A stretch of 63,947 nt of DNA, the filler included. It is 12 parts of 12 records of this genome, joined end to end, with 100 filler letters (N's around TTAATTAATTAA, not from the genome) between each part and the next. Parts side by side here need not be neighbours in the genome. Positions count along the whole stretch, not along the records: positions 17,669 to 24,711 come from SRR15195285_2086; positions 24,812 to 28,589 come from SRR15195285_2089; positions 28,690 to 33,097 come from SRR15195285_2091; positions 33,198 to 40,071 come from SRR15195285_2092; 8 more parts are not named here. One strand, 5' to 3'. A program made the position numbers and the translations under genes. This document shows positions 21,099 through 33,274 of this stretch, one piece after another (position 1 is the stretch's first letter; every line of letters starts with the position of its first letter). The notes under the pieces were generated by a model that saw nothing but the letters and a program-made list of their open reading frames with translations, was not told where the DNA came from and searched no databases.

Positions 21099-22163
21099 CC
21101 GTCGCGTCGCGCGCCGACGCCAGGGACTCGTATTCAAAATCAGTCTCAACTCAATGCTGTTGCTATTAGAAAAACACAAATGCTGACGACTTACGGAGGT
21201 ACTTCCAAATACGAGTTCCTGGCGTCGTCGAGGACCCCTCGCCTATATAGCTCGCATTCAAAAATTGTTGAGTGCTGTAAGTTTCTACGGGCCGGTATCT
21301 CAGGATACAGCGTCCGGCGCGGGATACAACATCCACATGGGTATTCATGGAAACTGTACGTACTCGGCTGTACACACAGCAAGTGGTATTTGTTTTGGCG
21401 GATGTTTGGCGTTTTCATACTGCACACATTATTTCAACCCTACTGCTCCATAATGCGTACGAGTTTAGTAGCTTGTGAAGCAGCAGCAGTGCCCAGGTTG
21501 AGCTCTTGAGTCGGGGATTCTGCTGAGCATTCATATTTGACATATTGAAATATGGCAGATTTGTAGTGCCCTATTGCGCCGGTCGCAGCCCGCCGCGGCG
21601 TATACGCGTTGCGCGCGGATCAGCCGGCAGCGAAGCTGTTTTCGACATGAGCTGGCTGCTAAGATATATGTGATGCTTTCATCCCTACTGGTCGCGAAAC
21701 AAGGGACAGCTCGTCAAAGCCATGGTCGTCAGTAGCACGCGCTCGGCGGCGTGTTTGTGTGCGACGGACAACCAGCGAAGGCTTCCTGGGATGACGAGCA
21801 ACCACGGTGTTGCATTCATGCGCACTATCAGCGGACGTCATCTGCCAAGTGCCCCGTGTCTCGAAGGGGTGAATCCTGGCGATGGCCCAGTGTAAGTAGG
21901 ACCAGGCTTAAAATAAGGGCCGAACTCGCATGGGGTGTCAGACCACGTGCATCTCCCCGACCACTTCGTCGTGGTGGTGACACAGTTTGCAGTGGCGAGG
22001 TGCTTGTTGCCAGCGACGGCAGTGCATGGACGACTCTGGTTCCCACCTGGTCCGCCGAAAACCGAAACGACGAATTAGCTGTTGGGCATTAACAGAACTA
22101 AGGTACAATCATGAAATCTAACATTCTGATCAAATCAGGTTCGATGGTGATGGGACCATACGA

Positions 22164-24249
22164 TTAAGCAACTGTACCTGGTCCACGTGATTCTTTCGGA
22201 AGCGATGCGTCACAGATGTTCTTGCCCACGTCCGTCTCAAGGTTGCACTGCATGGGCGTACCCAGCGGGGAGCAGTAGTCGGCCTGCTTATCCATGAATG
22301 ACCGAGTGTTCGCCGGATCCTCAATATGCGGGAGGGAGCCACACTTGTCACGATCCGTGCTCGGCGTCCCAGCCCCAACTCCGATATTGAAGCACACACC
22401 TCTCCCTGACTCAGCTTTGCAATAACACTCGCATGAGCCTTGCATCTCAATCCCACTCGCTGCTGCTGCTCTCTTTGCTGCCTCTCCTATCTCGGCTTGC
22501 TTCTTTCGCCCGTCCACATCGGGCGGTATAGATCCGGCCATGACCTCACGCTTCAGTCGATTCTCCTCGGAGCGCCGCAACTCGATCATCTTGCTATGCT
22601 CCTCAGGATGTGATATGTTAGTACGCGGTTGAATCGCCGGCCCAAGCAGGTTCCAGACAATTGCGACGGTGTACGCATCGTCATACCCACCCCTGAGAGA
22701 CCACGAAACGCGCAGACGTGTCTCAAACGCACCAGGCAGACGGCTAATATCAAAGGAATTCATGATAAGCTGGTCAGTAGTGCTACAGTCCTTGTCGGCT
22801 ATGCCGAGCGCACACGCACCAGCAATTGGTAGCCCACCCCTTGGCGGAGCCGAGTGAGACGACGGTCAACTCACTGGCGGGGTCAATCATCAAGTAGCGC
22901 GCTGCTTCACCCATCGCCGTCGCCAGAGTAACTGGGGCGGGGAACGTGTCTGGAACATTGTCGCCTATCATCTGCGTCCCAATATATGCCGAGCCGACCC
23001 TTTCCATCCACTGCGAACGAGGTTCGCCAGGAGTGATACGTACTGATGCAACGTGCTCGTTCAGTGTGGTGGAGTTGAGGTCGCACATGTAGCCAGGCTG
23101 TATTGGACCAGGGCTGCCTCTCTCCTGGCAGCACTGCGCTCCAGCTGGGTCCGCAGCTGTCTTGACGACTGCCGCGTGCCCCCAGCGAGGCGCACAACAA
23201 TGCACGCCGGGAGCCAGCTTCTCAACGTCTGTGTTCAGCCATGTGAGGAATCCATCTGACAAAATTTCAACAGCGGTGCACGAACCAACACGTGCTGAGG
23301 TGTGCACGCAGGAGAAGGAAGTCTATTTCTCAGACAGGTGATTTCAGACTTACAGGCAGGGTTGATGTCAGGGAACGACGGTTGCACAAACCCCTTTGCA
23401 AATGCTGACGACATCAATCGCATTTCGTTCCCGTCCGCATCGGCCCACACGCCGCCGCTAGCAATCAGCTGCCCAACTCGGGCCGCGTCCCGGCATGTGT
23501 ACAGCTGACCACCCCCAGCGGATATGTCACCAGTCTCAAGGCCATCGTAAAGGAAGATCGAGGGGATCCCCAGTGGCACGCCCAGCTCGCGTGTCGCCCA
23601 GACCACCGGCCGTTCTCCTGTGACCGCACCGATCACGTAGGAGAGATACTGGATGTAAGCGTCGGAGTCGTCTGAGAACACACAGAGCAGAGATAATGAG
23701 CTGCCACACGAGCCACGACACAGGACAGGCATGGGAGCATGCGCAACGTTGCTGAGTCGTCTCACATGTGAAAAAGCTACCCGGTTCAACGCGGCCGTAG
23801 CCCGTCGCCTGCGACAGCACGTGGCGCAACGTTACGTTCGGGAAATAGTCGACCCCCGTGCTGTTCCAGGTGGGGCAGGTCGTCGGTGGCGAGCACTGTG
23901 TGCTTGTAACATTGTAGTTGGCGATCGGCGTGTCCAGGTCTACGAGGCCGCGATACTCGAGCAGCCCAATGAGTGCGGCGCTTGTGGCCTTGCCCATGGA
24001 ATCGGATTCGAAGGTGGACTCAGCATTCGACCCGCCGTCGTAGAACTCGTGGACGATGTAGCCGCCCTTCACAATCAGCGTGCAGTTGCGCACAGCTGCA
24101 GCAGAGTGCACCTCGCTCGTCGCCTGCGTCAGCTTCGCTTCATCCAGCCCAAAGGCGCCCGGATCCATCGTTTGCCACCCGCCGCGGCCAGGGCCGAGAC
24201 CGCCAAGACTCGCAGCCAGCCACGCGGCGCTGGCAGCCGCAGCGAGCAT
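22164..24249 (-). CDS. Secreted beta-lactamase-related serine hydrolase (multi-exon)
   Basis: Signal peptide MLAAAASAAWL, LIVKGGYIVHE, SxxK motif SMGK, LRHVLSQATG, RDAARVGQL and a Cys-rich C-terminus. Exons span ORFs 23536, 23235, 22783 and 22164. Confidence 0.75.
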
Positions 24250-25085
24250 CGCGCGCGCACGGTGTACACAGGGCTCACGGTCGGTGGTGTCGCACACACT
24301 GAGCGTGTACCTGCGTCTCTTAGAGCGCTCTGAGAGCAGCTCCGGGCCAGTGTGCTCTAGCTCAGCTGCAAAGTACGGAGGTACATGTCATGAGTACAAG
24401 CCTTCCGTGAGCGAGTGAACGCCGTCGCGCCACGATCGAGGACGTCGAAAAAGGAGCGGCCCGCGGCGCAACGGGATCGAACTCGCGTGACCTATAATTT
24501 TATGGAATTATGCCCAATTTTGATATTGGCCATCGGCATATGCCGCATGCCATGGGCATGCCGATTCTGCGACATGTCGCCTCCTGCACGTTCAGCATCA
24601 AAATTACATTGGCGAATGCTTTGGCCAGCACCCCGGATATTACAATATGTACGTCATTCAGGTGTGTGGTGAGTCGTACCGTTGCATTCTGCATATGTTT
24701 GAGTTTTTCATNNNNNNNNNNNNNNNNNNNNNNNNNNNNNNNNNNNNNNNNNNNNTTAATTAATTAANNNNNNNNNNNNNNNNNNNNNNNNNNNNNNNNN
24801 NNNNNNNNNNNTTGCAGCGAGTCGTACTTGTTTCCTGAGTACGTTTGAGTTTTTCATACTATGTTCATTAATCTGGAATCTAACTCCTGCATTTACCCTA
24901 CGAGTTTTAAGTAGCCTGCTTCAGTGCCCAGGTTGACTTACGGATGTCCAATTACCTGAAGGTATATGGAATATGCGCATGTGTGGCATGATTATTATGC
25001 GCATAGCGCGAGCGCGCGCGTTGCACGCGCGTGGGACGACGTCCGGACTCTTCTCGGTACGCGGAACGGCACGCACGCGAGCGCG

Positions 25086-27210
25086 ATGGCAGTAGTGTAC
25101 CGTGGGTGCCTGGGGATCGTTGCGACGGCTTTCCTGCTGGGCGTCGAACCCGTCGCGCTGGATCCGTCGAACCCGCCGCTGCCAGCATCGTCCCCAGCGA
25201 GCGCCGCCGCCCACATCAACGCCAGCTTCGAGGGAGGCAACGCCGACCTCTCGGTGACGCGGTGGGTCGGGGACAACACACTGCAGTACCAGGGGGCGCT
25301 GAAGTGTGGCCCTGCGTCGACCAAGTGCTCGCCCTACACAAACTGGGCCTATTTTGCCGTGTCGAATCTTTCGACGACGGAGCCTACGACGCTGCACACG
25401 CTGAGTGGCGACTGGCTCTCGGACCCTTGGGTCTCGTACGACGACTCGGACGATGGCCTAGAGTGGACTCGGCTCACCACGCCCTGCGCAAGCTGTGGCC
25501 ACTCAGACCGAGCATGTGGATGCCACTCACACCAGTTCACCAGGCCGCTGGCGTACATTGCATTCAGCATTCCGTACGTCCGGAGGCAGCGGGCGAGGCT
25601 GTTCAAGGACCTGCAGCAGAGCGCTGCAGGGGCGGCAGTGACAGAGTTCAGCCTCACCACGTCTGAGGCGGGCCACGATGTCAGCGGTATCAATATCTCC
25701 GCGTCGTCAGCCGTCGGTGTGGCCGCTACACCACGGGCTTTGGTCTGGTTCCAGGCTGGCCAGCACGCGTGGGAGAGTGGAGGGCGCTGGGCGAGCGATG
25801 GATTCGCGCGCTTCGCTGCCTCCACGGATGGCGCCACGCTGCTGCAACACGCTGACGTACTCGTCGTCCCAATCATGGACATTGATAACGTCGTCGTTGG
25901 TGGTGCTGGCAAGGACAGCGACCCAGTGGACTTCAATCGAGACTGGTGTCCGGTCGGTGGCATCGCGCGCAACGAAACTCGCGCGACCTGCCAGCACTGG
26001 AGGGCCATCCGTGCCGCCGTTGACACCATCCGCCAGGCGATGACGAGCGGGCGGTACAGCGATCTGGTCTTTGTGGACTCTCACTCGCCAGGTAATCAGA
26101 ACGAGGCTGCTCAGGTGTGGACGGCTTGTGGCCACGGCCCGTCGGCCATCGAGGCAGGCGCGTGGAACCGCACGCAGGTGTACAAGTCTGAGCTTGCTTC
26201 ACGCAGTGCAGCATGTGGCAGGCTTGCCTACAATGTCACAGACTGTGCCCAGGTGGGCCCCGCGTACGGAAACAGCCACTCTGGTTTTCACTGGATGGAC
26301 ATCTCTTTCATCAATATTCTATACACAGAGTTCCCTGCGCTGTAAGTTTCGGTTGATCTCGTTCTACGGTACGTTGTGCAACAGCAGAATTTTATCTGAT
26401 ACCACTGCGTACATCTGACTGGCTCATACAGGATGAACCGGAAACATACGCGCTCAATGTCATTTAGCCACGAGACAGCCGAAGCGACCGTACTAGAGAA
26501 CCGTTGCTACGGTGCCGCAATTGGAGCGACACTGGCGAGTCTGCTGGGGAACGCTGGTCCCATCTCCGCCGACGGTCAGAACCAAACAGCTTTATTCTCA
26601 TGACTGAACGCCTGCAGTGACTTCGATTCCACACGAGCTAGCATTTCAAAATATATTTATCTGCGTAACGAAGATGATTGAACGATACGAACTGATATCA
26701 TCGAAATATGTGTGCTTGCGTGCTTGTGCACGAGACAGGCATCGAGACCAGCTGTTCCTACCCAGATAGCTGCCACTCTGTTGAACCCACCCAACCCCCG
26801 GGTCCGCCGCCACCTCACACAGCAGGTTATGTGGTATCTGGTGCTGGCAACAAGGGGTGCAACGGCCGTTACTTGCCTGTGCCGCATCCGACTGGTACTA
26901 TATGACACAGGACATGCCATCTACCGTAGTTAATTTTTTTACATCGGTGCACTGAACTGGAACTGTTATGAATGCGTTTGCATGTGCAGGCGCAGATGTA
27001 GGAGCCCCAATCTACTCGAAAGACGCAGATCATCAGATCTATCGTTACTACGGCACTTGGCACGTAGCGCATAAGGGTGTGGTTGTGTTCTACGACCCAC
27101 CTGCGAGTTCTTACTGGGCGCCAGAGCCACCACTTGTGGGCTGGCGACAATTTTCGAATCGAACCTCAGCGCTGCCAGCACCGACACTCTCACCGATCGC
27201 ACCCCGGTAG
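25086..27210 (+). CDS. Secreted M14-family zinc carboxypeptidase-like protein with C-terminal accessory module
   Basis: Motifs ASFEGGN, QHAWE (HxxE), DFNRDW, FVDSH and a later SHE. Phase-compatible GT-AG introns near 26342-26431, 26575-26738 and 26895-26989 extend the gene to TAG 27210. Confidence 0.75.
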
Positions 27211-27443
27211 GCAATCGCTGGCCATCCAAGGTAAAGCATAAGCTTGTGCGGTGGTTTTGCAGTGGGGAAGCTGGTGTAGTATCGGTGATCGGAATGGATT
27301 TGTGTGACACTCGCGCACAGAAGAGCACAAACATCCATCGCAGCACAGCCCGCGCACGAATCTGAGAGTGAGAACATCATCGTCCACAATGTCATGTAGC
27401 AGTTCGTTCTGATCGATGACTCCACGCTATCTAACCAATCATA

Positions 27444-28520
27444 TCAGAGGCCCAACAGGCCGCCAGCCTCTGTGAAGGTACGAGGCTGCTGCACCAGCTT
27501 GCTAACACTCTTGAAACTGGGGTGTTTAGCATCTGCCAACAACTGGAACAGAGTTGCCTCAGCGGTGCTTAGCACCGCACCAGCCTTGGCAAGCCGATCG
27601 AGTGCCACAGACCGGTCTGTTGGTCGCTGTGAAGACACACCATCGACGATAATGGTGACATCAATGTCCATTGCCAATAGGTCAAGCGTCGTCTGCAGCA
27701 CGCACACATGGGTCTCAACGCCGCAGAGGAGCACCTTGCGAATGTCATTCCCGATGATGAAATCATGCATCATTGCAGTGGACACCGGGTCTTCGTTCTC
27801 GCTGCTGCACATCATGGAAAATGTCACCTTCTCCACAACTGCGTGCTGCGGAGTGAGCAGCTCGCTGAGCTCCGAGACAGTATGCCCTAGCCCGCGTGGG
27901 TACTGCTCTGTTACAGCGACCGGCAGCCCGAGTTCAATGGATGCTGCGAGCATGAGCCTGCTCGTATCAATCACGGCTCCCATTTCGTGAACGACGGGTC
28001 GAAACTTCTCCTGCAGGTCGCAGAGGAACAGCGCCGTCTTGTTCGCATCAGGCCGTTGCGTCATGTTGGCTGCGATCGAGTTGGCTGTGCGCATGTGGGT
28101 GCACAACTCCTGTGCACCGTTGCGCCAGAGACAGTGAGTTATTGGAAGCAGCGTAGGCTGGCTCACACACAGAGGTGGGGGCTGAGGCGCTGAGCATTGA
28201 ATTCGATGCATGCCCAAGCAAGTACGCACGATAACCTGCTCGAGGATGATTTCATCAGGATCCTCAACCACGCCCTCACCGAGTTGAGCGACCAGGGCCT
28301 GCTTCACGATATCCGTTCTAAACATTTCTTCGAGCCGAGCGTTGATCTCTGGGTCGTCTGAGTCTCCGCTGGAGCTTGCAAACCAGCGAGCACCACGCGG
28401 AGTAGCATTCGCAGCTGGTGCGCAGGAAACGGCCACGTGTGGACCAGTCCGCCTTGACCCCGCAGCCAGCCAGCTGGAGGCCGTAGGACTGCAGCGGAAC
28501 ACTGCTCGGCAGCAGAGCAT
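27444..28520 (-). CDS. Isochorismatase domain-containing protein (ISOC1/2-like), likely mitochondrial
   Basis: Motifs FLCDLQEKF, TEQYPRGLGHTV, EKVTFSM and GVETHVCVLQT. Arg/Ser/Ala-rich N-terminus. Probable in-frame intron at about 28113-28234. Confidence 0.88.
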   Translation of the reverse strand: MLCCRAVFRCSPTASSWLAAGSRRTGPHVAVSCAPAANATPRGARWFASSSGDSDDPEINARLEEMFRTDIVKQALVAQLGEGVVEDPDEIILEQVIVRTCLGMHRIQCSAPQPPPLCVSQPTLLPITHCLWRNGAQELCTHMRTANSIAANMTQRPDANKTALFLCDLQEKFRPVVHEMGAVIDTSRLMLAASIELGLPVAVTEQYPRGLGHTVSELSELLTPQHAVVEKVTFSMMCSSENEDPVSTAMMHDFIIGNDIRKVLLCGVETHVCVLQTTLDLLAMDIDVTIIVDGVSSQRPTDRSVALDRLAKAGAVLSTAEATLFQLLADAKHPSFKSVSKLVQQPRTFTEAGGLLGL

Positions 28521-28709
28521 ATACGTGTGTGTATGTACGTACGCCGTGTGCTGCACGCGCCGCACCGGGGGGTCAAAGTGATGTTCGAANNNNNNNNNNN
28601 NNNNNNNNNNNNNNNNNNNNNNNNNNNNNNNNNTTAATTAATTAANNNNNNNNNNNNNNNNNNNNNNNNNNNNNNNNNNNNNNNNNNNNCAGCCACGCCC
28701 CCGCTGCGT

Positions 28710-28870
28710 ATCTCTCTCTGTGATCTGTGTGCCTCTCTGCCTTCTCTCTTCTCTCTTCTCTCCCTCTCTCTTGCGGTGTGTGCGTCTGTGTGGGTGTCTC
28801 TGGCTGTGTCTGTCCGGTCCTTGGCGCTCTCGGTGTGTCCTGTCTGGCTCGGTGTGTCGCGCTGTGGTGA
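28710..28870. repeat. CT/GT-rich low-complexity tract (likely intronic)
   Basis: Runs of tctctctc and gtgtgtc at the contig start. Confidence 0.7.
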
Positions 28871-28932
28871 TCGCTTGGGGAGAGGGTGCAGCGGCGCTCT
28901 GACACGGCTCGGCTTGTCGTCTGGCTGCGCAG

Positions 28933-31900
28933 ACTACAACGCCCGCGTCACGCGGCTCTTTGAGCGGCAGACCGTCGCCGCGATCCGCGAGACCGAGAAG
29001 TCCAAGCGTCAGGAGATCAGCGCCAAGCAGGATGAGATGCGGGATACCGTCGGCGCCCGGTATCGGGACATCATCGAGAGCGCGGACTCGATTGCAGAGA
29101 TGAAGAGCTGCTGCGGTGAGATCATGTCGGCGGTCGGCTCGATGAACGGCCGGTGCGCTGGGCTGCAGGACGCAGTGCGCGAAGCAAGCGCCACGGCTGG
29201 CGGCGGCACGCAGCATTCCGAGCTCGGGAAGCTGGTCGCCGTCGGCACGCAGGTCAAGTTCGTGCTCGACACCCCGAGCCACATCTTCGACAGCCTCGCA
29301 AAGAGCAGCACTCTGGATGCGACCATACGGTTCCACTCCGCCGCAGGAGTGTACTCGGACTTGCAGGGCAGCGCTGGCGACCTGCTGGCGCTGTTCCCGT
29401 GGCTGGGTGCACACTGGGAAGAGGTACAAGGCTGCCGCTGCAACATTGCCGACAGCTGCCGCTCGCAGCTAGCCACCACCGGTCTCAAGAGCGCGGAGTA
29501 CGCCGAGTCACTCGCATCGCTCATGCTTGTGGAGCGGGCGTCTGCGTTGGACGCCCTAGGGCTGCTTCTGGATGCCGCGAAGCGATGGGTGGAGCGAAGC
29601 GTGGCCGAGCTTCGTGGCACGGATGGAGCAGTCGGGATGAAGGGGCTGACGACAGGGGTGGAGCGACTGGGTGAGGGTCTAGCTTCGGTGCTGTGTCTGG
29701 TGCAGCGGGTGTTTGTGGCTGCAGATGCTCCTAACGTAGAGGACCCGAGTAACGACGCTGATCATACCGGGCTGGTGATGCAGATGATCCAATCAGCGGC
29801 TACGGCTGGTGTGGTTGGCTCGACGAACGACAGTGACAAGACAGTTCCCCATGAACTTGTGCAAAGCAAATGTCGCGCATGGGTCATCGAATGCCAGGAG
29901 CTCATCTCTTCTGACGATAGCTGGCTGGCCCCTGCAGAACGAGTCTCGGATCTGCACAAGCTGTCTCGTGCGATCGCGAGTGGTATCAACACGGCCGTCA
30001 GCAGAGTCGGTGAAGGCTCGCAGGATTTCACCTGGGGCTATGTCTGGGACAGCACACTTGGAAACAACAGCGGCGGTGCCGGATCACAGCCCACCGATGT
30101 ATGGGCATCCGTTTTCCGCTCTCCCTTTTATGCGCGGTCACAGCAAATTGTAACGGCGGCCCTCGACTTGACTCGTTTTCATGAAGAGCATGTCAAGCCA
30201 TGGCTAGCTCAGCTGGACGGGCCAGGTACAGCAGCGCAGCACAATGGTATGGCTAGTATCGGTAGCTACATGTGGGCACACCAACGGGCGTCGATGAGCC
30301 AGGTGGATGCACTGGTGCACGGGGATGCAAGTGTCGGAGAGGGTGCGTTGCTGCTTAGTGGGAAGGCTGCTATCAAGGGACGGACAGAGGATGTCGAGGC
30401 ACTACGCGTCGCGTTCGAGCGGCAGTTGGAGCAGACTTCAGCTGACGCGAGTGTGGATGGCGGGGACGGGGACGGAGTCACAGGCTCAGCGCTGCCTGAC
30501 CTCCGGCCAGTGCTCCAGGAAATTTGCGAGACGGCGATTGGGTCGTGGCTGAAGACGATCGAATCCATCGTTGCCAAGCTTTGCGAAGACGTTGCACAGC
30601 TTGACTTTTCATCGCCGAGTCCCACCGGCTTCTCCAGCAGTCTGCTTCAGCGGTACCCGGCACTTCGGGTTGCTGTCGCGCTCAGTCGACTTCTAGCCGC
30701 AGTTGCAGAGTCGGAGCTCCTAGCATGCATGCTCGCGGGAACAAATCAAGCTACGGGCCATCTGGGTGCAGCAATTCGCGAGCAGGCTCTAGCATCGATG
30801 CATGTATGGGTGGTGAGCTTCCAGATGATCTATCTTGTGCTCTACGCGCTTCACTTTTGCATTGGCCTGATCTCTCTACTGTGGCGTGGCAGGATGCGGT
30901 TGTCGGTAGTGCTGCAGTCGCCCTTGATGGGCTTAGCACAGCCACTGGGAGCGCCATGCACGCTGTCCAACGACGCGGCTGGCAAGAGATTTCAATTGGT
31001 GGTGAAGTTGGTGAGGAAGACGATGGCGACATGGAAGTGTTCCAGTTGCCGGGTTCTTGCTCTCCGCTCGTCTTTCAGTTCTTGTTCACTCTTACCCGAG
31101 AGCTACATTGCAGCGGGAGCCATGCTGTCGAACGGTCTGTGCTCAACACTCTCCGGCAGCGCAGTGGTCAAGCATTGGTCAAGGCTTTTACGCAGGCAGT
31201 TGCTCAGGCTAAATCGCAGCGTGGAGAAAAAGAAGGCCTAGTGCTGCAGCTTCTCTTCGACTGCAGGTTTGCCAGTCTCATCTTGAGGTAGGCCCCATGG
31301 AACTGCTCCATCGGATTGCATTTGGTTCGCTAGTCTAGTAGCTCGCGCGAGTGCTGACCTACCTTTTTGTGCTGCGGCGAATTCCAGTTCCAGCGATGGT
31401 GCCATGGAAAGCCCAGCTGAGGAGTTCCGAACTCTCCAGCAGGACCTGACTGAGGAGCTCGACCCGGTCCGCATCGCACCTCCGTCTGACTGTCCGCGAT
31501 CCATCAGACTCAGACGGTGTCTCATTGCAGGTGGATTGGGCAACGTACGAGACGCATTTACATGATCTGGTCGCGCAGCATGCATTGCGTGCCGCAAATA
31601 TACTCGGGCCGCTCGGGCAACTCCACCCAGCCTCCGCCAACTCTGGTTCGGCTTCAACTGCTTCGTCAGGGCTGGCAGCGCGCGGTGGGGGTCGAGTTGT
31701 GACTCGTCCTACACAAAGTATGGTAGATGCCGACCTCACAAAGTCGGTAGTGCCGCTGATCAGCGGGGACACGCCACGATTTCATACCCTGCCGGTCTCC
31801 ATGCCAGTGAAGCAGCCGACGAAAAAGCAGGCAGACAGACCTGGCGGTGCGCCAGGCGTGCAAGATGAGTGGCTGCCGACGAAAAAAAGTGAGCGCTCAA

Positions 31901-32064
31901 ACCTGCTTTCCATCCTCACTGTCTGCCACATCGTGGGCAGCCCTGCCAGCAGGAAAGTACTGGCTGTGTTTGACTGCGCGGGCAATGTTTGGCGCTCAGG
32001 CGCTGGGTTTGCATCGTCCATGACAAAGACCATGTCAAAGTTTGGGTCGTCATTTTTCTCGTGA
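28933..32064 (+). CDS. COG1: Conserved oligomeric Golgi complex subunit 1 (multi-exon, 5' truncated)
   Basis: N-terminal LFE...I...EI.AKQDEMR.TVGARYRDIIESADSI.EM, plus LQLLFD and LDP/VDWATYE in downstream exons. Confidence 0.85.
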
Positions 32065-32163
32065 CGAAAGCAGGCACCAGCTAGAGAGTACCAAACGCTT
32101 GCAGAAGCATTCTAATATCCTAATGAAATGCGCCGCAATGCAAATTCGTTTCGATGCACACTA

Positions 32164-33027
32164 CTAACGCTGTCCAACCCGGCCGCACAGAAACCCAAGA
32201 GCTAAGCCGACTATTCCAGCTCCGACCGCCACCACAGCAGCTCCCTCCATGCTGACGCCCGTATGTTCGTCGTCACCTGTCTGTGATCTCGCGACACGGG
32301 CCATCGGCTCCGGATTCATACGGCTGTTGACATCTATGAGCGTCTGCAGCAACACCTGAATCTTCTCGAGCTCCCGTTCTAGTAGAGCCTTCGTCTTAAG
32401 TTGGCTCCTGGTCGAAATTTCGGCACTGGTCTTGTCCTGTACCGCAGCCGGGCTCTGCAACTTGCTCCGAGTCCCCACCTCCTCTTGCCGCTGTGGCCGT
32501 GCCACCGCGGCATCGGCCCATGCAGCTGCCGGCGGTGTCTGCGTCAACACGTCGAGGACTGCCTGGTGACCTTTGCGCTCAGCCAGCTGCAACGCGGTTT
32601 TACCGCTTGAGTCCACTGCGTCCACATTCGCTGACACATCGACCAGCAGTTGACAGCAGCCCGCTGCGCCATAGAGCGCTGCCCAGTGCAGTGGCTCGCG
32701 CCCCGCCCGGGCCTGGGCGGCGTGGTTCGTACCGCACGCCAGCAGCAACGCCACCACTGAGTCCTGCGCCCCCATCGCTGCTAGGTGGAGTGGCCGCATG
32801 CCGTCCGCATCGCAGGCCTCCGCGTTCGCCCCCGCCTCGAGCAGCGCAGCGGCGACGGCCTGATGGCCACACATGCAGGCGCGATGCAGTGCGCTCTCCT
32901 GGGCCGCATTGCGCTCATCGACCAACGCGCCGCCCGCCAGCAGCTCGCACACCTGCTGTGACTCACCGCGCTCTGCGGCACCGTGCAGCGGGGAGGACAG
33001 CGTGTCAGGGCCCATTCCGGCAGCCAT
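32164..33027 (-). CDS. Ankyrin-repeat protein with coiled coil and C-terminal tail anchor
   Basis: Repeats SPLHGAA, SALHRAC, RPLHLAA and EPLHWAA. Hydrophobic C-terminus AAVVAVGAGIVGLALGFLC followed by basic residues. Confidence 0.85.
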   Translation of the reverse strand: MAAGMGPDTLSSPLHGAAERGESQQVCELLAGGALVDERNAAQESALHRACMCGHQAVAAALLEAGANAEACDADGMRPLHLAAMGAQDSVVALLLACGTNHAAQARAGREPLHWAALYGAAGCCQLLVDVSANVDAVDSSGKTALQLAERKGHQAVLDVLTQTPPAAAWADAAVARPQRQEEVGTRSKLQSPAAVQDKTSAEISTRSQLKTKALLERELEKIQVLLQTLIDVNSRMNPEPMARVARSQTGDDEHTGVSMEGAAVVAVGAGIVGLALGFLCGRVGQR

Positions 33028-33274
33028 CGGTGCGATTCGGAGCAGGACACGCCCCCACGATCACATGGGGCGAGTGACTGCGTGCTCGACCCTCGAANNN
33101 NNNNNNNNNNNNNNNNNNNNNNNNNNNNNNNNNNNNNNNNNTTAATTAATTAANNNNNNNNNNNNNNNNNNNNNNNNNNNNNNNNNNNNNNNNNNNNCGA
33201 GCGCGGCGCGATTCCGCTGATTTATCCACCACGGTTTTGGCGATTTTCCGGACGCGCTGCCCTGCCTTTGCCCG

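Noticed and set aside
22050-22110. AACAGAAC motif resembling RNase P conserved region V
   Set aside because: No matching upstream CR-I/P4 partner is identifiable, and the region is better explained by a small spliced ORF or 3' UTR.
22164-24249. Antibiotic-resistance beta-lactamase or bacterial contamination
   Set aside because: The gene has spliceosomal introns and only generic SxxK serine-hydrolase motifs, so its substrate cannot be inferred.
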